Shown here in pieces: positions 57,513 to 64,000 of a stretch of DNA of 64,000 bases. The notes beneath the pieces are model-generated. The model was not told where the DNA came from. It ran no database searches and was given only the letters and a program-made list of their open reading frames with translations. The DNA lies in assembly GCA_963710515.1 (NCBI GenBank), contig CAVQAX010000026.1, positions 36,614 to 100,613 on the forward strand, in the 5' to 3' direction. Made by a program: the position numbers and the translations under genes. Each line of letters starts with the position of its first letter. Within the stretch, counting starts at the first letter, position 1. This DNA comes from an uncultured Alphaproteobacteria bacterium (GTDB lineage Bacteria; Pseudomonadota; Alphaproteobacteria; Rhodobacterales; Rhodobacteraceae).

Positions 57513-60380
57513 ATGAACAAGCCGGATCGCCGGACCCACGCCCTTTCCGAGCCCCGCGACCTGCCCTGGCAGGAGGTGAGCCTCGACGTGCTGCGCGAGA
57601 AATACGCCAAGGGTGCGGAGCGCGATCTCGACGGCCCCGACATGGCCCGGGCCATACGCCAAAGGGTCGCGCGCGGCCTCGCCGCCGTCGAAACCGACCC
57701 CGCCGCCCATGAGCCCCGCTTCCTCGAAGCCCTCGAGGAAGGCTTCATCCCCGGCGGCCGGATCAATTCCGCGGCCGGCTCGAGCTTGCGCGAAGTCACC
57801 CTCATCAACTGCTTCGTTCAACCTGTGGGTGATTCGATCTCCGACACGGTGGACGGCAAGCCCGGCATCTACATCGCCCTCCGCGAAGCCGCCGAGACAA
57901 TGCGTCGCGGCGGCGGGGTGGGCTACGACTTCTCCGCCATCCGCCCCCGCGGCGCCTGGGTCGAGGGCACCGACAGCTCCGCCTCCGGCCCGATCAGCTA
58001 CATGCATGTCTTCGACCAGTCCTGCGCCACCGTCGAAAGCGCCGGCGCGCGCCGCGGCGCCCAGATGGGCGTGCTGCGCTGCGACCACCCCGACATCATG
58101 GAATTCGTCTCCGCCAAGCGTCAGGCCGGCCGGCTCAACAACTTCAACATCTCCGTCGGCGTCACCGACACCTTCATGCGGGCCGTCGAAGCCGATGGCG
58201 ATTTCGAGCTCGTGCACGAAGCCGCCCCCGGCGCCGGATTCCGCTCGGCCGGGGCGCAGAAACGCGAGGACGGCCTCTGGGTCTACGCCACCATCCGCGC
58301 CCGCGAACTCTGGGAGGTGATCGCGCGCAACACCTACGAGGCCGCCGAACCCGGCGTGCTCTTCCTCGACCGCATCAACACCGACAACAACCTGCATTAC
58401 TGCGAGCGCATCGAGGCCACCAACCCCTGCGGCGAGATCCCGATCCCCGATTACGGCTGCTGCTGCCTCGGCTCGATCAACCTCACCCGCTTCGTCACCG
58501 ACGCCTTCACCCCCGAGGCGAGCTTCGCCGCCGAAGCCTTTGCCGAAACGGTGACAACCTCCGTGCGCATGCTCGACAACGTGCTCACCGCCACCGTCTG
58601 GCCGCTGCCCCAGCAGGCCGAGGAGGCCGCCAACAAGCGCCGCATCGGCCTCGGCTTCACCGGCCTCGGCGACGCGCTGATCCTGATGGGCCTCGCCTAT
58701 GACAGCGCCGAGGCGCGCGACTTCGCCGCCGACGTCACCCGCCAGATGCGCGACGCCGCCTACCGCGCCTCCGTCGCGCTGGCCCGCGAGAAGGGCGCCT
58801 TCCCGCTCTTCGATGCCGAGAAGTTCCTCGCCTCGGGCATGGCCAGACGCCTGCCCGACGACATCCGCGCCGAGATCCGCAGCCACGGCCTGCGCAACTC
58901 GCACCTCCTCTCCATCGCCCCCACCGGCACCATCAGCCTCGCCTTCGCCGACAACGCCTCGAACGGCATCGAGCCCGCCTTCTCCTGGACCTACACCCGC
59001 AAGAAGCGCGAGGGCGACGGCTCCATGCGCGAATATTCCGTCGAGGACCACGCCTGGCGGCTCTGGAAATCCCGCGGCGGCAACACCGCCGAGCTGCCCG
59101 CCGCCTTCCGCAACGCGCTGGAAATCTCCGCCCGCGACCACATGAAGATGCAGGCCGCGATCCAGCCCTATATCTGTGCGGCGATCTCCAAGACCGTGAA
59201 CGTGCCCGAAGACTACCCCTTCGCCGATTTCGAGGATCTCTACCTCGAAGCCTGGCGGGCAGGGCTCAAGGGCATCACCACCTACCGCCCCAATTCGGTG
59301 CTCGGCTCGGTGCTCTCCGTCGAGGGCGAGGCCGGCGCGCAGGATCTCGACCAAAGCGAACCCGACCGCCGCATCCGCATCGGCGACGCACCCCAGGTGG
59401 CGCTCGCCGCCCTGCGCTGGCCCCACCGCCCGAAGCTCACCGCCGGCTCGCCCTCCTGGACCTACATGGTCGAGGCCCCGGCGAACCGCTTCGCCGTCTT
59501 CGTCGGCCATGTCGAGAACGGCGCGAACCAGCCCTTCGAGGTCTGGGTGAACGGCGAGGAGACCCCGCGCGGCCTCGGCGCGCTCGCGAAAAGCCTCAGC
59601 ATGGACATGCGCGCCCAGGACCGCGCCTGGCTCAAGCTCAAGCTCGAAAGCCTCGCCCGCACCCCCGGCGCGCCCTATCACGTCGCCATGCCGCCCGACG
59701 GAAACCAGCTCCCCGTCGCCGGCAATGTCAGCGCCTTCGCGCAAGTCGTGCGCTACCGCTGCGAGGCCCTCGGCGTCTTCGACGGCCCCGAAGGCGAGAC
59801 GCCGCTGGTGGACGCGATGTTCTCCCGCAAGGAGCCGAAATCCGGCGTCGACGGCACGCTCAGCTGGACCGTCGACATCCTCAACCCCAATACCGGCGAC
59901 GATTTCGCGATGTTCGTGAAGGAATGCCTGCTGCCCGACGGCACCAAGCGCCCGTTCAGCGTCTGGCTTTCGGGCGCCTATCCGCTGGAATTCAACGGCC
60001 TGACCAAATCCCTCAGCCTCGACATGCGGGTGATCGACCCCGCCTGGATCGGCAAGAAGCTGCGCGGTCTCAAGGACATGCCCGAGGCGCAGGGCGATTT
60101 CTTCGCCCGCCAGCCCGGCTCCGAGAAACAGGCGGTCCAGCCCTCCACCGTCGCCTACATCGCCCGGCTGCTGATCCACCGCTACGTGCTGCTCGGCGTG
60201 CTCGATGCCGACGGCTACCCCACCTCCGGCAGCGCCATGCTCTGGAGCGACGCACCCGCCCCGCAGGAGGCGACCGCGATCAAGGGCAAGCTCTGTCCCG
60301 AATGCGGCCATGCTGCGGTAATCCGTCGCGACGGCTGCGATTTCTGCACGTCCTGCGGGCATACCGGGGCCTGCGGGTGA
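57513..60380 (+). CDS. nrdJ: adenosylcobalamin-dependent ribonucleoside-diphosphate reductase (class II RNR)
   Basis: 955 aa. [21 protein letters not shown], the active-site region NPCGEIP and the C-terminal Cys cluster CPECGH...CDFCTSCGH are present. Confidence 0.92.
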   Translation: MNKPDRRTHALSEPRDLPWQEVSLDVLREKYAKGAERDLDGPDMARAIRQRVARGLAAVETDPAAHEPRFLEALEEGFIPGGRINSAAGSSLREVTLINCFVQPVGDSISDTVDGKPGIYIALREAAETMRRGGGVGYDFSAIRPRGAWVEGTDSSASGPISYMHVFDQSCATVESAGARRGAQMGVLRCDHPDIMEFVSAKRQAGRLNNFNISVGVTDTFMRAVEADGDFELVHEAAPGAGFRSAGAQKREDGLWVYATIRARELWEVIARNTYEAAEPGVLFLDRINTDNNLHYCERIEATNPCGEIPIPDYGCCCLGSINLTRFVTDAFTPEASFAAEAFAETVTTSVRMLDNVLTATVWPLPQQAEEAANKRRIGLGFTGLGDALILMGLAYDSAEARDFAADVTRQMRDAAYRASVALAREKGAFPLFDAEKFLASGMARRLPDDIRAEIRSHGLRNSHLLSIAPTGTISLAFADNASNGIEPAFSWTYTRKKREGDGSMREYSVEDHAWRLWKSRGGNTAELPAAFRNALEISARDHMKMQAAIQPYICAAISKTVNVPEDYPFADFEDLYLEAWRAGLKGITTYRPNSVLGSVLSVEGEAGAQDLDQSEPDRRIRIGDAPQVALAALRWPHRPKLTAGSPSWTYMVEAPANRFAVFVGHVENGANQPFEVWVNGEETPRGLGALAKSLSMDMRAQDRAWLKLKLESLARTPGAPYHVAMPPDGNQLPVAGNVSAFAQVVRYRCEALGVFDGPEGETPLVDAMFSRKEPKSGVDGTLSWTVDILNPNTGDDFAMFVKECLLPDGTKRPFSVWLSGAYPLEFNGLTKSLSLDMRVIDPAWIGKKLRGLKDMPEAQGDFFARQPGSEKQAVQPSTVAYIARLLIHRYVLLGVLDADGYPTSGSAMLWSDAPAPQEATAIKGKLCPECGHAAVIRRDGCDFCTSCGHTGACG

Positions 60381-60450
60381 CGTTCTCCAGCGAAATCGCG
60401 CAGATAAGACGAATTGCAGTTTGACTATTCAATTTGCATTCTAAATAGCG

Positions 60451-60470
60451 TATGTATGACAGCATACCTA
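60451..60470. promoter_or_regulatory. imperfect inverted repeat TATGTATG-ACAG-CATACCTA upstream of the ArsR-family gene
   Basis: 7 of 8 arm positions are complementary. It lies in an AT-rich leader 37 nt before the ATG at 60507. Candidate autoregulatory operator. Confidence 0.35.
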
Positions 60471-60506
60471 ACCAGAGGTTTCCGGAGATGACGACGAGCA
60501 ACGGCG

Positions 60507-60830
60507 ATGACTGCGGACGACAACAGCGCCCCGCTGGCGTTCTCCTCGATGGCGGACCAGGCGAAGACCGCTGCCGATTTCATGAAGGCCCTGGCCCATG
60601 AGGGCCGGCTCATGATCCTGTGCCACCTCGTCGAAGGCGAGAAGTCGGTCAGCGAGCTCGAAACCCTGATCGGCGCCCGCCAGGCCGCCGTGTCCCAGCA
60701 GCTCGCCCGCCTGCGCCTCGAAGGCCTCGTCTCGAGCCGCCGGCAGGGCAAGGCGATCTATTATTCGATCGGCGACCCCAAGGTGCAGAAACTGATCGGC
60801 ACCCTGCACGACCTGTTCTGCGACGACTGA
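60507..60830 (+). CDS. ArsR/SmtB-family transcriptional regulator (BigR/SoxR-like)
   Basis: 107 aa. HTH core FMKALAHEGRLMILCHLVEGEKSVSELETLIGARQAAVSQQLARLRLEGLV. Confidence 0.85.
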   Translation: MTADDNSAPLAFSSMADQAKTAADFMKALAHEGRLMILCHLVEGEKSVSELETLIGARQAAVSQQLARLRLEGLVSSRRQGKAIYYSIGDPKVQKLIGTLHDLFCDD

Positions 60831-60883
60831 CGCGCAATCGCCGTGCTTTGGGTGGTTTGCTTGATCGATACCGTGGCCATAAG

Positions 60884-60899
60884 GGCGCGGTCTCGCGCC
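60884..60899. terminator. short GC hairpin GGCGCG-GTCT-CGCGCC downstream of the ArsR gene
   Basis: 6-bp stem 54 nt after the stop, with no U tract. Weak evidence. Confidence 0.25.
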
Positions 60900-60930
60900 G
60901 AAAGGTGGAAACTTGCTGGTTCAAACCGTG

Positions 60931-61359
60931 ATTTTGCGGATTCCCACGCCGGCGAACGTTAGTTTTCTCTGAAGTGAAGCTTGGACTTACAGGTTTCTTG
61001 CCGTGGGGCCGGGCAACTCATCCGGGCTTCCAAGACAGTCGGCGGATGCGTTTTAGGTAAGCTTCGTGTGGCCGGAGCCAGAGGCGACACGGAAGCTCCT
61101 TCGGTCTACCAATAAATTTCGCTGTCACTCAGACTGAAAACCAAGGCTGCAGTTTGCTTTGCACAACGAACCCAGTCATCTCTCAAAGGTTATAATTCGA
61201 GAACTGGGAACCCTGAGGGACCCCTTGAGAGGCCCCTCGGAAAATGCCTGCCAAAGACTGAATGAATTCAGGTTCTCTGCCAAAATTCAGGGATGGCAAA
61301 CCGGTATGCCGTCTTTCAGCGTCAAGCTACCATCGCAGCTTACAGCAGGGTTCAACGAC
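60931..61359. other. ORF-free, visibly lower-G+C spacer downstream of the second cytochrome c gene
   Basis: The track shows no ORF of 60 aa or more on either strand between 60931 and 61159. The spacer contains a degenerate direct repeat CTGCCAAA(GACTGAATGA)ATTCAGG / CTGCCAAAATTCAGG (61248..61292). I recognised no RNA family. Confidence 0.5.
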
Positions 61360-61773
61360 CTACTCTTGCAACGAAATCAGGTGTTCGAGCAGCAGTGCTA
61401 TTCTTCCGCGAGTTACAACTTCGGCGCCATAAAAGCCGAATTCTTCCTCTGCGGTGGCCGAGAAGCGTTCGCCCCAGATTGGCATGCTGCCACCGTGACC
61501 GCGTACGCCCCCCCGTCCATCTACGATCAGGAAGACATCGAGGTAAGGGAATTCACCATCGTTTGCTGCCGCAAGCCCGGTAAGACTGGGAGTTTCGATG
61601 TTCAGCAATTCCGCGAACGGACCCTGACCTTTCCCGCTCTCCCCATGACACACGGCGCAGGCAACCATATACTCCTTCTCTCCGGCATCCTGTGCGAGAG
61701 CCGGACAAGCGGCGGCGGCCAGCATGGCGCCTCCAAGCAGCCAGCCCGGAGAGTCTCTGTGAAATTTGAACAT
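61360..61773 (-). CDS. periplasmic class I c-type cytochrome, paralogue of 34789..35217
   Basis: ATG at 61773 lies 5 nt after AGGAAG. Signal peptide ...LLGGAMLAAAACPALAQD and haem motif CAVCH. The aligned blocks LTG.AA.NDG.FP, IVDGR and HG..MP..G.RF are shared with the first cytochrome. Confidence 0.8.
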   Translation of the reverse strand: MFKFHRDSPGWLLGGAMLAAAACPALAQDAGEKEYMVACAVCHGESGKGQGPFAELLNIETPSLTGLAAANDGEFPYLDVFLIVDGRGGVRGHGGSMPIWGERFSATAEEEFGFYGAEVVTRGRIALLLEHLISLQE

Positions 61774-62084
61774 CTTGGCTTCCTTCTCTCTCATTGAACA
61801 CTTTGCCAGTTTAGCACCGCTCAGACACGTAGGCTTTGCGATATGTCAATAAACCAATCTGACTGAACTGCGACCTGGATGCTGACGTGCCGACCCCAAA
61901 GGCAACGATTGGATCAAGCAGCTTCTTTGTCGCAGTCGGCGGTCGGGGTCTTCAATCGCAATGCCTCAAACGCCAGCCCACTCACCCCTGCCGCCATTGC
62001 CCGGATTTCACAAAAATAGTTGCCCCCGGAGAAGGGACATCGGGTCGGTTTGCAGACTCAAAACCCGGCCCTGACCGTCACCAC

Positions 62085-62916
62085 TCAAGACCCGGCCCGC
62101 TCCGCCCGTTTCTCCGCATCCCAGAGCGCATCCATCTCCGCCAGATCCGACTGCTCCGGCCGGCGGCCTTCTCGCGCCAGCGCCGCCTCGATGCCCTGAA
62201 AGCGTCGGGTGAACTTGGCATTGGCGGCCCGCAACGCCGCTTCCGGATCGATCTTCAGGTGCCGCGCGAGATTGGCCATCACGAACATCAGATCGCCGTA
62301 TTCCTCGGCCATGCGCGCAGGGTCGCCCGTCTCACGTTCGGCGACCAGTTCCGCGGTCTCCTCCGTGATCTTCTCGAGCACCGCCCCCGCATCCGGCCAG
62401 TCGAAACCGACCCGGGCCGCGCGGTTCTGCAGCTTCACCGCCCGGGTCAGCGCCGGCAGGCCGGCCGCCACCCCGTCGAGCGCACTCGCCGGACCTTCCC
62501 CGCCGGCCCGCTCGGCGGCCTTGATCGCCTCCCAGTCGCGGGTCTGCTGCTCGGGGCTCTTGTCGCGGTCCGCTTCGCCGAAGACATGCGGGATGGCGGC
62601 GCACCATCTTCTCCGAGATGGCGTCGGCCACATCGGCAAAGTCGAACTGCCCGGCCTCCTCGGCCATGCGGGCGTGATAGACCACCTGCAGCAGGAGGTC
62701 GCCCAATTCGTCGCGCAGATCGGCCATGTCGCGGCGCGCGATGGCGTCCGCCACCTCGTAGGCTTCCTCGATGGTGTAGGGGGCGATCGTGTCGAAATCC
62801 TGCACGATGTCCCAGGGGCATCCGGTCTCCGGATCGCGCAGCCGCGCCATGATCGCCACGAGCCGGGACGCCGCCGCATCCGGGCCCGCTGCGGGAGGGA
62901 TTGCATCATCTGCCAT
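62085..62916 (-). pseudogene. mazG: nucleoside triphosphate pyrophosphohydrolase MazG, one frame break near 62591
   Basis: The N-terminal part is in track ORF 62332..62943 (ATG at 62916: MADDAIPP...RLRDPETGCPWDIVQDFDTIAPYTIEEAYEVADAI...EKMVRRHP). The C-terminal part is in ORF 62085..62975 (HVFGEADRDK...EEYGDLMFVMANLARHLKIDPEAALRAANAKFTRRF). Removing one c from catcccgcatg restores RRHPHVFG. The span is 832 nt, which is 1 mod 3. Confidence 0.88.
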
Positions 62917-63002
62917 CGCCGGACCTTGCCCGCTCGGCCACATGCCCGCAAGCCGCCCCGGGGCAATTCCGCCACCCGTTAACCGTTTCGCGCCGCGGCG
63001 GC

Positions 63003-63038
63003 CCTGTACGTACGGGATCCGTACGCGAAGCGTACAGG
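63003..63038. repeat. nested palindrome CCTGTACG / CGTACGG-GAT-CCGTACG / CGTACAGG between mazG start and aqpZ end
   Basis: The inner arms are a perfect 7-nt pair (63009..63025). The outer 8-nt arms are CCTGTACG (63003..63010) and CGTACAGG (63031..63038). GTTAAC sites flank it at about 62979 and 63059. Confidence 0.5.
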
Positions 63039-63096
63039 ATGCATACAGCGATTTCGGGGGTTAACGCGGCAGGTCCGGAGGCCTGTCCCGGGGCGT

Positions 63097-63126
63097 CGAC
63101 CGGGCCGCCCGCAGGGCGCCCGGTCG
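63097..63126 (-). terminator. strong GC hairpin just downstream of aqpZ
   Basis: CGACCGGGC ... GCCCGGTCG, a 9-bp stem plus inner pairing, 7 nt beyond the aqpZ stop. No U tract. Confidence 0.4.
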
Positions 63127-63132
63127 GCTCCG

Positions 63133-63819
63133 TCAGTCGTTGTCGAGCACCTTGGTCCACAGGAGTGCGCCCAGCACGGCACCCGCCAGCGGGGCCAGCC
63201 AGAACACCCAGAGCTGCATCAGCGCCGGGGTTTCCGCGAAGAACGCCACCGCCGTCGAGCGGGCCGGATTGACCGAGGTATTGCTCACCGGGATCGCGAC
63301 CAGATGGATCAGCGTCAGGCAGAGCCCGATCGCGATCGGCGCGAAGCCCGGAGGTGCGCCGCGCTGGGTTGCTCCGAGGATGACGAAGATGAACCCGGCG
63401 GTCAGGATGACCTCGACCAGCAACACCGATCCGAGGCTGTAGCCGCCCGGAGAAAACTCGCCGAACCCATTGGACGCAAAGGCTCCCGGGGTCCAGTCCA
63501 GCGTTCCGCTCGCGATGATGTAGAGCGCGAGCGCCGCGAGGGTTCCCCCGGCGATCTGGGCGATCCAGTAGGGCAGCACGTCGCTCCACTCGCACCGCCC
63601 GGCCACCGCGCAGCCGAGGGTGACGGCGGGATTGAAATGCCCGCCCGAGATCGGGCCGACCGCATAGGCCATGGTGAGCACCGTCAGGCCGAAGGCCAGC
63701 GCGACGCCGGCGAACCCGATGCCAAGCTCGGGAAAGCCGGCAGCGACCACGGCACTGCCGCAGCCGCCGAACACGAGCCAGAAGGTGCCGATCGCTTCGG
63801 CCGAGAGTTTCTTGATCAC
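63133..63819 (-). CDS. aqpZ: aquaporin Z
   Basis: GTG at 63819 inside track ORF 63133..63978, 228 aa. [22 protein letters not shown] and both NPA boxes ([16 protein letters not shown]) are present. Confidence 0.92.
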   Translation of the reverse strand: MIKKLSAEAIGTFWLVFGGCGSAVVAAGFPELGIGFAGVALAFGLTVLTMAYAVGPISGGHFNPAVTLGCAVAGRCEWSDVLPYWIAQIAGGTLAALALYIIASGTLDWTPGAFASNGFGEFSPGGYSLGSVLLVEVILTAGFIFVILGATQRGAPPGFAPIAIGLCLTLIHLVAIPVSNTSVNPARSTAVAFFAETPALMQLWVFWLAPLAGAVLGALLWTKVLDND

Positions 63820-63845
63820 GGGAGGGTCGCCTTTCCGAGCTGGGA

Positions 63846-63875
63846 ATCGATTGCGAATAAGCTGCCTCAATCGAT
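63846..63875. promoter_or_regulatory. inverted repeat ATCGATTG-N14-CAATCGAT upstream of aqpZ
   Basis: Perfect 8-nt arms, 27-56 nt upstream of the aqpZ start codon. Confidence 0.3.
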
Positions 63876-64000
63876 CACTTTTGTCGCCGGAAAAATCACC
63901 CCGCCGCGCGCAGCTGCAACACCTCGAGCCCGCGAAAATGATAGCGATCCGCGAACCTGGGTTTCCCAACCATTTCAAGCCCCTGCAACCTCGTGAAGAG

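Noticed and set aside
57228-60362. 1044-aa minus-strand ORF
   Set aside because: It is antisense to nrdJ, which carries clear class II RNR motifs. It is a shadow ORF.
61159-61797. 212-aa plus-strand ORF in the low-GC patch
   Set aside because: It has a TTG start, and two thirds of it is antisense to the cytochrome c gene, which has a signal peptide, a CxxCH motif and a good Shine-Dalgarno. No motif was recognised.

Overview
This is a high-G+C chromosomal segment. Its gene content and order (hisS-hisZ-hisG, DUF1489, class II RNR, glmU-glmS, a CtrA-type box, a DddL-like cupin, many LysR/LuxR/ArsR regulators) look alphaproteobacterial, probably Rhodobacterales; that is inference, since no search was possible. 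I can support about 56 protein genes and one tRNA-Gly(UCC). I found no rRNA, CRISPR array, transposase, integrase or phage gene.

Gene content, left to right:
- GntR regulator, isochorismatase-family hydrolase and an orphan sucCD-like pair.
- NAD-type formate dehydrogenase (fused NuoE/NuoF-like subunit plus Mo-bisPGD alpha subunit) with a LysR regulator.
- A large P-loop kinase-like protein.
- An 11-gene LysR-controlled operon: PotBCDA-type ABC importer, class III aminotransferase, BKACE, GNAT, HDAC-type amidohydrolase, FAD oxidoreductase, RidA.
- An RND efflux pair.
- DabA/DabB inorganic-carbon pump genes with a divergent LysR.
- OsmC.
- A translationally coupled cytochrome c, membrane protein and DddL-like cupin operon, with a divergent ChrR-type cupin.
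- moaA plus a low-GC HExxH secreted protein.
- 5-formyl-THF cyclo-ligase and two acyl-CoA synthetases.
- A LuxR solo.
- glmU-glmS with an AlkD-like gene, a HAD phosphatase, an ABC exporter and an AI-2E transporter.
- hisS-hisZ-hisG, nrdJ, ArsR, a second cytochrome c inside a low-GC patch, mazG and aqpZ.

Key caveat: at least 12 conserved genes are interrupted by single-position reading-frame breaks, including essential hisS, and hisZ three times. Sequence indel error is therefore more likely than gene decay. It also means the very long ORFs in the six-frame track are either GC-driven antisense shadows or chimeras of neighbouring genes.

Most interesting candidates:
- the uncharacterised amine/acetyl-amine catabolic operon;
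- the cytochrome c, membrane protein and cupin operon;
- the orphan P-loop protein;
- the low-GC ORF-free patch next to ArsR and cytochrome c;
- a perfect CtrA box upstream of a 63-aa ORF.
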